From a virus: a DNA stretch of 64,000 nt. A program made the position numbers and the translations under genes. The stretch lies in the IMG/VR virus record IMGVR_UViG_3300025141_000034, positions 1 through 64,000 of that record. One strand, written 5' to 3'. The notes beneath the pieces are model-generated. The model was not told the origin of the DNA. It made no database searches and saw only the letters and a list, made by a program, of their open reading frames with translations. Below are positions 56,463-64,000 of this stretch, piece after piece (position 1 is the stretch's first letter; every line of letters starts with the position of its first letter).

Positions 56463-58529
56463 ATGTCGTCTACGCTATCTGATCTAATAGAGAATTATGG
56501 TTATTCATCAATGCCCAGCAAGGGAGTAAATCAGTCTGACATACCAATTCCAGGTGATGTCGAGGCTGAGTTTCAGTACAACTACTTTGTCAAAGATGAG
56601 ACAACGACACGTGATGTATCTATCAGAGGTGACTCGATAACTGCATTCACAACCCTCTCAGATGACGCATCTGAGGCAGAGAGATTAGTTGCCCTTGCTC
56701 AATTTGACGTTCCTCGATTGGTCAATATTAGGTGGACACCTGCAGTTCTGGAGTCAATAATTACTGATGAGGGCTCTGAAACATCTTCTAGTATTGGTGT
56801 GACAATAGGCGATAATTTATCTAATGTGTTATACGAGGAGGTGATGACAAGCAACCAGTATAGCGGAATAGGCCTCCAGGACGCCGAGGGCCTAGGGATG
56901 TTGACAGATATGGCAAAGATATGTGTCAATGCATCTAGCCTTCCAATTGAATTTGTAACATCTGACTCTTCTAGCGAGGCAACAGAGTCAAATCTTGACG
57001 TTGTCAATCAGTGGTTCGATGCACTGAGCTCTGGCCTGGATTCTTCAATGCTTGGGTATGGAGGTGACACTCACGGCGGCAACAGGACATTAGATGGATC
57101 AACTAAGGAGCTTTTAAGAAATGCTCTTGCAAGCTATCAGTCCGAGGGAACATATAGTTTTGCAAATAGGACAGCAGAGAGAGAGGCTGCAATTAATGAC
57201 ACCCTTAGCAATAATCCTACAACATTTGATATCGGAATATCTATTAGTAATGTACTAGCAGATGTCCTTGGTGATAAGTGGTCTTCGGACGGCGGTAGCG
57301 CATATTTTGAGGAATTTAACTCTATCAAGGATGTTCTTAGTATGATAGCCACAGCTGCAATTACACAAGAAACAGCTGGTCAGATAAGCGATAATGATTA
57401 CGACATTAGCGGAACGCCAGTGACATACAGAGTCGTCCAGAGCATCGCAGATCAAACGTCTGATAGTCAGTATGTCGCTCAGGTCACCGGTTATATAATT
57501 GAGAAACAGGAGATAGATGAGAACGGAAATATCCTACAGATGGATCCACTTGTCTGTGAGGGAGGTGACATAGGATCTTTTGTTGATCCGAATATCATGT
57601 ATGGACGGGGATATCGCTACAGGGTCAGAACTGTTACTTATCTAGAGTTTAGCGCAATTAATACCTATCCCGGAAATGAGTCTAGAAACGAGACTGTTGT
57701 TGTGGGGATGTTTGTTGCATCAAAGGCTAGCAAGGCTGTATCTGTAATATGCATAGAGACGACCCCGCCAAAGCCTCCGGCTGACATAGAGTTTAACTAT
57801 GACGGCTTTAACGGATCGCTTGATATATCATGGTCATTTCCCTTAAACAGGCAGAGAGATATTAAGCAGTTTAGGGTATTTAGACGTGCCTCAATAGATG
57901 ATCCATTCGAGCTAATTAAGTGTTATTTCTTTAATGATGCTGACACAGTTCCAAAGACTCCAGAGATTTCTGATCCAGATAGCTTGCTAAGCTCAACATC
58001 AGCAAGGCTAAGCGGTGCATTAATTCAGGTTACAGACTCTGCAGTAGCTCTATGCAGAGATTCTGACTTTAATGAAGACTCTAGGTACATATATGCCCTT
58101 ACAAGCGTAGATGCGCGAGGAATGAGTTCAAACTATTCTTCTCAATATGAGCTCTCATACGATAAGTTTAAGTCAAGGATTGTCCTAGACTACGTGTCTC
58201 AATCAGGTGCCCCAATGCCCTATCCAAATCTCTATCTTAAGCGAGAAGTATTCATTGATGCGCTAAAAACATCAGGATACAACAATATGACAGTTTTATT
58301 TAGACCTGAGACGCTGGTCGTTACAGACTCTAGCGGAACAAGTCTTGATTATCTATCAAATAGTGATGATATGCCTAGCTATAAAATATCAATGATAAAT
58401 CTTGATAATCAAAAGTCTAAGATGATTGATATTTATGTTAGAGATATCAGGGGTGCATCATCTGAGATAGAAGAGGGAGTTGAGTATGAGACGACAACTA
58501 GAGTTGCCACGCTAATAGATTCTTCCTAA
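56463..58529 (+). CDS. Acidic virion protein with C-terminal FN3-like domains
   Basis: GYIIEK...FVDPNIMYGRGYRYRVR; PPKPP...LDISWSFP...FRVFRR...YIYALTSVDARGMSSNYS. Confidence 0.65.
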   Translation: MSSTLSDLIENYGYSSMPSKGVNQSDIPIPGDVEAEFQYNYFVKDETTTRDVSIRGDSITAFTTLSDDASEAERLVALAQFDVPRLVNIRWTPAVLESIITDEGSETSSSIGVTIGDNLSNVLYEEVMTSNQYSGIGLQDAEGLGMLTDMAKICVNASSLPIEFVTSDSSSEATESNLDVVNQWFDALSSGLDSSMLGYGGDTHGGNRTLDGSTKELLRNALASYQSEGTYSFANRTAEREAAINDTLSNNPTTFDIGISISNVLADVLGDKWSSDGGSAYFEEFNSIKDVLSMIATAAITQETAGQISDNDYDISGTPVTYRVVQSIADQTSDSQYVAQVTGYIIEKQEIDENGNILQMDPLVCEGGDIGSFVDPNIMYGRGYRYRVRTVTYLEFSAINTYPGNESRNETVVVGMFVASKASKAVSVICIETTPPKPPADIEFNYDGFNGSLDISWSFPLNRQRDIKQFRVFRRASIDDPFELIKCYFFNDADTVPKTPEISDPDSLLSSTSARLSGALIQVTDSAVALCRDSDFNEDSRYIYALTSVDARGMSSNYSSQYELSYDKFKSRIVLDYVSQSGAPMPYPNLYLKREVFIDALKTSGYNNMTVLFRPETLVVTDSSGTSLDYLSNSDDMPSYKISMINLDNQKSKMIDIYVRDIRGASSEIEEGVEYETTTRVATLIDSS

Positions 58530-58584
58530 GAATTATTTTACCAGAATACAATGTGAATTGTATATTTACAACCAGGAGTAAAAA

Positions 58585-59292
58585 ATGGGCTTCTTAGACC
58601 ACAGTACTAATAATATTATTTTGGATGCTGTTTTAACAGACAAGGGAAGACAGCTTCTTTCAAGAAACGACGGATCCTTTCAAATTGTTAAATACGCGCT
58701 ATCTGACGACGAAGTGGATTATACAATTGTTAAGAAATTTGGACGAACAGTCGGAAAAGAGAAGATAGAGAAGAATACACCAATTCTCGAGGCACTTACA
58801 ACTACAAATGTTGCTCAAAAATATAGGCTGAGAAGCATATCAGTGCCGAATCTCACAAGGCTACCGTCGTTAACACTAGACGGAGTGACGTCTGATACGA
58901 TAACACTGAATGTTGTTAACACTAGAAGCTCATCAGTCACAGTAAAGCAGTCAATCGGCGGTGATCAGCTAGTTCCAACTGAGCTAGTTGACCAGGTCTT
59001 TAGAGTGACAATGAACAACCTATTCCTACAACTATCCGGTGTTAGGCCTGTCACAATTGATTCTGAGAATATTGCAACATATCTTGTTACGAGAGGGTCT
59101 TCACTAGACACTGTAACAGGTGGCGCATCTTTCGCAGGAACAGTTCAGGTTAAATCATCACTCACAACAACGATGTTCAATACATACGGTGTAGCTAGTG
59201 ATAAAACACTAATTAGAACATATGTCACCGTGACTGGTCAACAGTCAGGTGCAGTTAAGAGCTTTTTAATTAAGATCAATAAGACGTCATGA
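58585..59292 (+). CDS. Baseplate/tail-fibre attachment protein (N-terminal half of the P2 gpH-type collar motif)
   Basis: VLTDKGRQLL...IVKYALSDDEVDY; AGGAG SD. Confidence 0.6.
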   Translation: MGFLDHSTNNIILDAVLTDKGRQLLSRNDGSFQIVKYALSDDEVDYTIVKKFGRTVGKEKIEKNTPILEALTTTNVAQKYRLRSISVPNLTRLPSLTLDGVTSDTITLNVVNTRSSSVTVKQSIGGDQLVPTELVDQVFRVTMNNLFLQLSGVRPVTIDSENIATYLVTRGSSLDTVTGGASFAGTVQVKSSLTTTMFNTYGVASDKTLIRTYVTVTGQQSGAVKSFLIKINKTS

Positions 59293-59309
59293 TTGGTAAG
59301 AGATAAAAT

Positions 59310-60608
59310 ATGGCCACATTTAAAGAAATTTCCGCAGCTGACATTAAGACAAGCAGGTCAGTATTAAATCAGTTAGTTGATATTATTCAAGAGGATATCT
59401 CAGGATCAACAACAAGAAAGAAGTACCAGGTATTTGTAACCGGTGGTGTGGGCCCAGGTGTGACATCATCCCTATTTCAGACTGTATATGACCAGGACTA
59501 CACACTTCAGACTGCAAATCCAATTTTCGATATGACCTTTGGAATGTACTCAGGTAGCGCAGATGTAGCGTCAGCCTCTAGTGGTCAAGACAGCGCGGGT
59601 AAGATTCTATTTCCATCTAACTCACTAATGATGCGTGAGAAGATCAACGTATACAGACAGTTTTCACAGCTGCTTCTCGGTAATGCAACATATCAGTTTG
59701 CGTCGCCCTTTACGACAACACAGCCTCCAACTTCAAATGGAATTGATAACGCTTTATTCTTTACATTCAAGAGGCTATTTGCTCGCGATAAGATTAAGCG
59801 TGAGACCTTCGCTATGAAGTTCTACCAGTCAGCGTCAAGGGCTCCGGGTGATCCCACAGCATCTGGTCAGGGTCCACTGTTTGGAAATATGGGTCCAAAT
59901 ATTAATCTTGCAACAGTCTCTGGTTCAGCCATTTTTACAGATATTGGATCTGCTACAGCCAAGGAGACCTCTATAGGCGGTGAGGTTGGTAACATTGTAG
60001 ACTCGTCTAACACAAACAGAAATGTTGGACTTCTCTTCTACGATATGGGAATTGGAATCCTTGACGTCGACAAGGTGATCTCTGCATCACAAAAGGCATC
60101 AGGAGTCATAGATGCGATGACCAATGCAGCGTTTCAGGGAGCAGCGAAAGGTCAGACCATAATCGGCTACGGTCCTGCAGGTCCTGTTGGAGCACATCCG
60201 GGATTAGACGGAGGAAGGGGAAATAGACAGGCAAAGTTCGTTCCTGACTTCGTGGTTTCAGCGTCAATGGATAACATTCTTGATCACTTCGCCTCAGTTA
60301 GATTCCAGTCAGGATCTCTCACAGCTATCACGTTTCAGAATGTCACAAACATCAATTCAACTTTAATATTCTGCAGGGCGACGTCAGATGAGTTTAACTA
60401 CTCTTCCAATCCAACATTTACTGACTCTACGGGAAGAATTAATGTTATTGATGAGGGTGAGGAGAACACACAGAGAACATTTTCATTCGTTAGCACGATC
60501 GGCCTATATGACGGAAGAAATAATCTACTAGCAGTAGCAAAGCTAAGCAGGCCCGTTGAGAAGAATGACGAGAAGGACATGACATTCAGGATTAGGCTTG
60601 ACTTCTAG
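59310..60608 (+). CDS. Baseplate/tail-fibre attachment protein (C-terminal GLYD..LLAVAK motif)
   Basis: FNYSSNPTF...TIGLYDGRNNLLAVAKLSRPVEK...FRIRLDF. Confidence 0.65.
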   Translation: MATFKEISAADIKTSRSVLNQLVDIIQEDISGSTTRKKYQVFVTGGVGPGVTSSLFQTVYDQDYTLQTANPIFDMTFGMYSGSADVASASSGQDSAGKILFPSNSLMMREKINVYRQFSQLLLGNATYQFASPFTTTQPPTSNGIDNALFFTFKRLFARDKIKRETFAMKFYQSASRAPGDPTASGQGPLFGNMGPNINLATVSGSAIFTDIGSATAKETSIGGEVGNIVDSSNTNRNVGLLFYDMGIGILDVDKVISASQKASGVIDAMTNAAFQGAAKGQTIIGYGPAGPVGAHPGLDGGRGNRQAKFVPDFVVSASMDNILDHFASVRFQSGSLTAITFQNVTNINSTLIFCRATSDEFNYSSNPTFTDSTGRINVIDEGEENTQRTFSFVSTIGLYDGRNNLLAVAKLSRPVEKNDEKDMTFRIRLDF

Positions 60609-60630
60609 TCCTAACTGGAGGTTTTAGCCC

Positions 60631-63600
60631 ATGTCAATCATTAAAATAACTCCAGACCTAATTGAACAGGTTACGATGACAACACACCCAAAGAGGGTGT
60701 TTGTCTCATCCTCACAGGGCGGTGTTAATGACAAACCTGTGATGGACTCTGGCGTCTTAAGTCCGACAGGAACCATGGGTCAGGTCAGCCTAATGGCGAG
60801 AAATAACCGTGTGATCAAGGGAATTAGAGAGTTTAATCCTGATAGTGCGCTATTCAATGAAGACTTATCTAAGACGTTAATCTTTTTAGATTCAGCTGCT
60901 AAATGGCCTGCATTAGCAGAAACAATCGGATGGAATCCGTACGACCTCGGAAACTTCTTGGGAGTTGCAACATCAGGATCTCACATATCAACAGATGATG
61001 GAAACTGTGCAGGTGCTCTTGTTACAATTAATAGCATTCCTACAAACGGTCATACACTTATCTTGACAGATGCTGATGGAACTTCTGACACATATACGTT
61101 TAGCACTAGTGTTACACAGGAAGATAGCACAAAATCCAATGTCGGGATATCAGGTGTTGATACGACTTCAGGTGTTGCTACCTCATTAAGAATATCAATT
61201 AATCTCGCCAGCCTAGACGATGATATTCAAATCACAGCAGCTATTCCAGCATCTAATGAGCTAACTGTCTATATGTTGACAAAAGGCACAGCAGGAAATG
61301 GAAAGACGATAACAGGAACTGCGGTATCTGCTGAGTCTATCTCTGTAAGCTCATTTAGCGGAGGTACACCTAAGCTGGACTCTGAGGGCAGATACATGGG
61401 TGCTGTTAGACAGCTAAGCTTACCAGCAAAGAATTCAAAGGCCTTTAGCATCACAAGGTTCAGACCTCCATTTCTATTTCAGAGTGATGAGAATCAAGGT
61501 CAAGGAGGTGATAACTCATCTCCTGAAAGCTTTGACGCCAAGAGGCGGATTGTGAAGAACCAGGTGAGGAATATTCTTCTCCCTCACTACATGTCAAAAT
61601 TCACACATCCCAACTACGCATACACAAACTACCACACGTTAAACTTCTTTACATCATCGATTAACTGGCAGCTCACCAAGCCATACGCCACGTCCACAGA
61701 AATTACTAGCTCACCCTATAAGTGGATGAATGGAAGTGTGCTAGCCTATCCCTGTCTAACAGGATCACTGAATACAACATTTACTAGTAATGAGCAATAC
61801 GCGCTTAGGGCTAAACGATTTGACGGTCGGTACACACCTGAGAGTGCATTTACATTTGACTTCTACATAAATCCCAGGTATGGAAATGATGTTAGACCTA
61901 CAGCTGGAGGTCCCAAGAAAGGAGACTTTAGGCCGGGAACAATCTTCCACATGAGTGGTACATACGCAATAAGTCTTGTTTCAGGATCAAGCAAGGCTGC
62001 AGACGGCTCTGCGAATGGATTTAGGATACTTGTACAGCTATCACAGAGCGCTGAGTATCCTCCCTCAAAGTGGAAGATATTACCGGGTCATGATAGACCA
62101 ATTTTTGGAGCAAACAACTCAAACTATAAGCAAGATCCGTATGGGTATGCCTGGGTCTCACCTGATAACGTTCTTAGGCGAGACCACTGGCATCACGTCG
62201 CGATTCGGTGGGGAGGATCAAAGGTAAATAACGGCACAGGTAGCTTTGTTATTGACGGAAATATTGTCTCTGAGTTTGTAATTACAGGAACAGATAGCAT
62301 CAGGCCTTTTGTAAATCATTCATTTGGAGGTGTTAGGGCTAGGGCAGATAGATTCCTAGCAGGAAGGGCAGATCCGAATGCTCTGTTTATAGGAAACTTT
62401 TATGAGGGAACAAATGTAACTGGCTCTGGTGGAGCAAATACAACAATTGAGAGATTTTTTAATCAGGCCGCTCAAAAAGCAGAGGGATTTACACCAGCTG
62501 TCTCAGGAGTTCTCGGAAGAGGAGGTGACCCTAGCAGCTTTACGTTTAATCATCCTTTAAATGCTGAGGTCCATGATCTAAAGATATTTAACTCACACAG
62601 GACACTCCACCAGATAATGACAAGCTCAGTGGAAGGTCCCACTGATACATCTGATCTTATATTTTATGTTCCGCCATTTTTTATAAATGAAAATAGAAAA
62701 AGAAATTTTCTAGTTACTGCTGTCTCATCATCAAGAAGAGAGTACTTTACTGACACAGGCGGTGCTAAATATGACGATGAGTCAGCTGAGGAGCCCTTTA
62801 ATTATCCGACTGATGTCTTTACACAGCCATATACATCACTTCCGTTCAACGCCGGTCTGTCAATGACAGTTGACGCAACTGATATCAGTGTTGAGAATTT
62901 TACAAAGGATATTGCCAATAATGTATATCCCAGGCTTGTGTATCTTACATCGTCAGTTGACTCATCTCTGGTCACATCAGCTGCAGCAACAAGGGCATCA
63001 AAAGGTGCAGTACAAGACTATCTATTTTGGAATTTTAATACGGGATCTATTAGAAAGAGATCTTTAACAGTTCTTCCATGTGATAATGGAAAATTTAAGC
63101 CGAACTATTCTCTAATCTACACAGGATCAGATACAGATGGCGTAATGCTCACTGGATCTGAAGGATACCTTTATAGGGATGATCTCGGTGAATTTGACGC
63201 AAGTCTGATAAATCTAAGTGACATGTTTGTCACAAGACCACAGCCGCTAACACCAATGATGGGCTGGGATGGGCTTGGTTATAATAGAATATCACATACA
63301 CTATCTGTCTACACAGGCTCAGATCACGCTAGCCCGCCTGAAGCGTCACCCTATAGCCCAAATGCTAAAATTAAAGATGGAACAGCAGATGTTCACTTTA
63401 TAGCATATCAGGCATCACTTGATCAGTCTAGCAATGAGATTGTCTTATTTAACATACCAAATCTATTCTATGGAAATAGAATTGAACCTGGAAGCTTTAA
63501 ACTAGAAGATGAGAACATATCTGGCTCCAATGGAAAGATAAAGATCACACTTCGAGATGATGGTCTGGGAACACTGTATAGGGCAGACTGCGAGACTGCA

Positions 63601-63966
63601 CACGCGACATCTAATGGTGTTGGAAATATCTTTTACGATGAGGGAGTTGTCTTAATTAAGTCACCCCATCTGGCTCAGCTTGGAAAGGAGCAGTTTAAGA
63701 TGACGTTTAACGGCGAGCAAAATACTCATGTTCTATCAATAAGGGTTCCATGTCAGCCAGGTCTCATCAATAGCTCATCAAATCCTGGATTTAAGGTTCT
63801 ATCTGCCTCACTAGACGCAAATGATATTGAATCTGAGTTTGTATACATTACAGGGATCAATTTTCACGATGACAACATGAATGTTATAATGAAAGCTAAC
63901 CTTGCGCAGCCTGTTGTGAAGAGAGACGACGACGACTTTCTATTCAGGGTAAAGATGGATTTTTAA
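60631..63966 (+). CDS. Large virion protein with LamG-like domain; C-terminus paralogous to 59310..60608
   Basis: FTFDFYINP, WHHVAIRW, LFIGN, EVHDLKIFN; GVGNIFYDEGV...NSSSNPGF...ITGINFHDDNMNVIMKANLAQPVVKR...FRVKMDF. Confidence 0.7.
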   Translation: MSIIKITPDLIEQVTMTTHPKRVFVSSSQGGVNDKPVMDSGVLSPTGTMGQVSLMARNNRVIKGIREFNPDSALFNEDLSKTLIFLDSAAKWPALAETIGWNPYDLGNFLGVATSGSHISTDDGNCAGALVTINSIPTNGHTLILTDADGTSDTYTFSTSVTQEDSTKSNVGISGVDTTSGVATSLRISINLASLDDDIQITAAIPASNELTVYMLTKGTAGNGKTITGTAVSAESISVSSFSGGTPKLDSEGRYMGAVRQLSLPAKNSKAFSITRFRPPFLFQSDENQGQGGDNSSPESFDAKRRIVKNQVRNILLPHYMSKFTHPNYAYTNYHTLNFFTSSINWQLTKPYATSTEITSSPYKWMNGSVLAYPCLTGSLNTTFTSNEQYALRAKRFDGRYTPESAFTFDFYINPRYGNDVRPTAGGPKKGDFRPGTIFHMSGTYAISLVSGSSKAADGSANGFRILVQLSQSAEYPPSKWKILPGHDRPIFGANNSNYKQDPYGYAWVSPDNVLRRDHWHHVAIRWGGSKVNNGTGSFVIDGNIVSEFVITGTDSIRPFVNHSFGGVRARADRFLAGRADPNALFIGNFYEGTNVTGSGGANTTIERFFNQAAQKAEGFTPAVSGVLGRGGDPSSFTFNHPLNAEVHDLKIFNSHRTLHQIMTSSVEGPTDTSDLIFYVPPFFINENRKRNFLVTAVSSSRREYFTDTGGAKYDDESAEEPFNYPTDVFTQPYTSLPFNAGLSMTVDATDISVENFTKDIANNVYPRLVYLTSSVDSSLVTSAAATRASKGAVQDYLFWNFNTGSIRKRSLTVLPCDNGKFKPNYSLIYTGSDTDGVMLTGSEGYLYRDDLGEFDASLINLSDMFVTRPQPLTPMMGWDGLGYNRISHTLSVYTGSDHASPPEASPYSPNAKIKDGTADVHFIAYQASLDQSSNEIVLFNIPNLFYGNRIEPGSFKLEDENISGSNGKIKITLRDDGLGTLYRADCETAHATSNGVGNIFYDEGVVLIKSPHLAQLGKEQFKMTFNGEQNTHVLSIRVPCQPGLINSSSNPGFKVLSASLDANDIESEFVYITGINFHDDNMNVIMKANLAQPVVKRDDDDFLFRVKMDF

Positions 63967-64000
63967 TGGTTCTCGGTCTGGACATATCTACAAGTTGCAC
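63966..64000 (+). CDS. 5' start of a RuvC-like/RNase H-fold nuclease (truncated by window edge)
   Basis: TAATG overlap; reads MVLGLDISTSC, the typical first strand of RuvC-like resolvases. Only 11 codons are visible. Confidence 0.55.
   Translation, partial: MVLGLDISTSC

Noticed and set aside
1-64000. Short minus-strand and nested alternate-frame ORFs in the ORF track (e.g. 27563..28018, 34615..34992, 51188..51709)
   Set aside because: All lie within long, motif-supported + strand genes and show no recognisable motifs; treated as shadow ORFs.
1-64000. Stop-codon reassignment, as seen in some jumbo phages
   Set aside because: Standard-code ORFs tile the window densely, and TAA, TGA and TAG all terminate genes at sensible boundaries (e.g. 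TAG at 36470, 38307, 43621, 60608).
1-64000. tRNA/rRNA genes, introns, inteins, transposases
   Set aside because: Apart from the AT-rich 266-419 gap, intergenic spaces are too short for such RNA genes, and no recognisable signatures were seen by eye. tRNAscan-SE, Infernal and intein HMMs would be needed for certainty.

Overview
The window looks like a segment of a large (probably jumbo) myovirus-type phage genome. About 54 densely packed genes lie on the + strand, many with overlapping start/stop codons. From left to right: (i) the 3' end of a virion-type gene (2-265). (ii) A ~31 kb, 36-gene glycan biosynthesis and tailoring locus (420-31852). It carries about 13 glycosyltransferase-like genes, Gmd, NeuA/NeuB, a short UDP-sugar dehydrogenase, a cupin, NTP-transferases, kinases, HAD phosphatases, a NodU/CmcH carbamoyltransferase, a sulfotransferase, three SAM methyltransferases, three Pol-beta-fold nucleotidyltransferases and an embedded Cas4-like nuclease. 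No flippase, polymerase or exporter is recognisable. (iii) A gp55-like sigma factor. (iv) A ~31 kb contractile-tail baseplate/fibre module with gp5-like spike, gp25, gp6/J, and LamG- and FN3-containing giant proteins. (v) The start of a RuvC-like gene. The most interesting hypothesis is an autonomous phage virion-glycosylation system. Several structural proteins are strikingly enriched in an (S/T)-G-S motif that could be the acceptor sequon. All family calls come from motif recognition by eye; no database searches were run.
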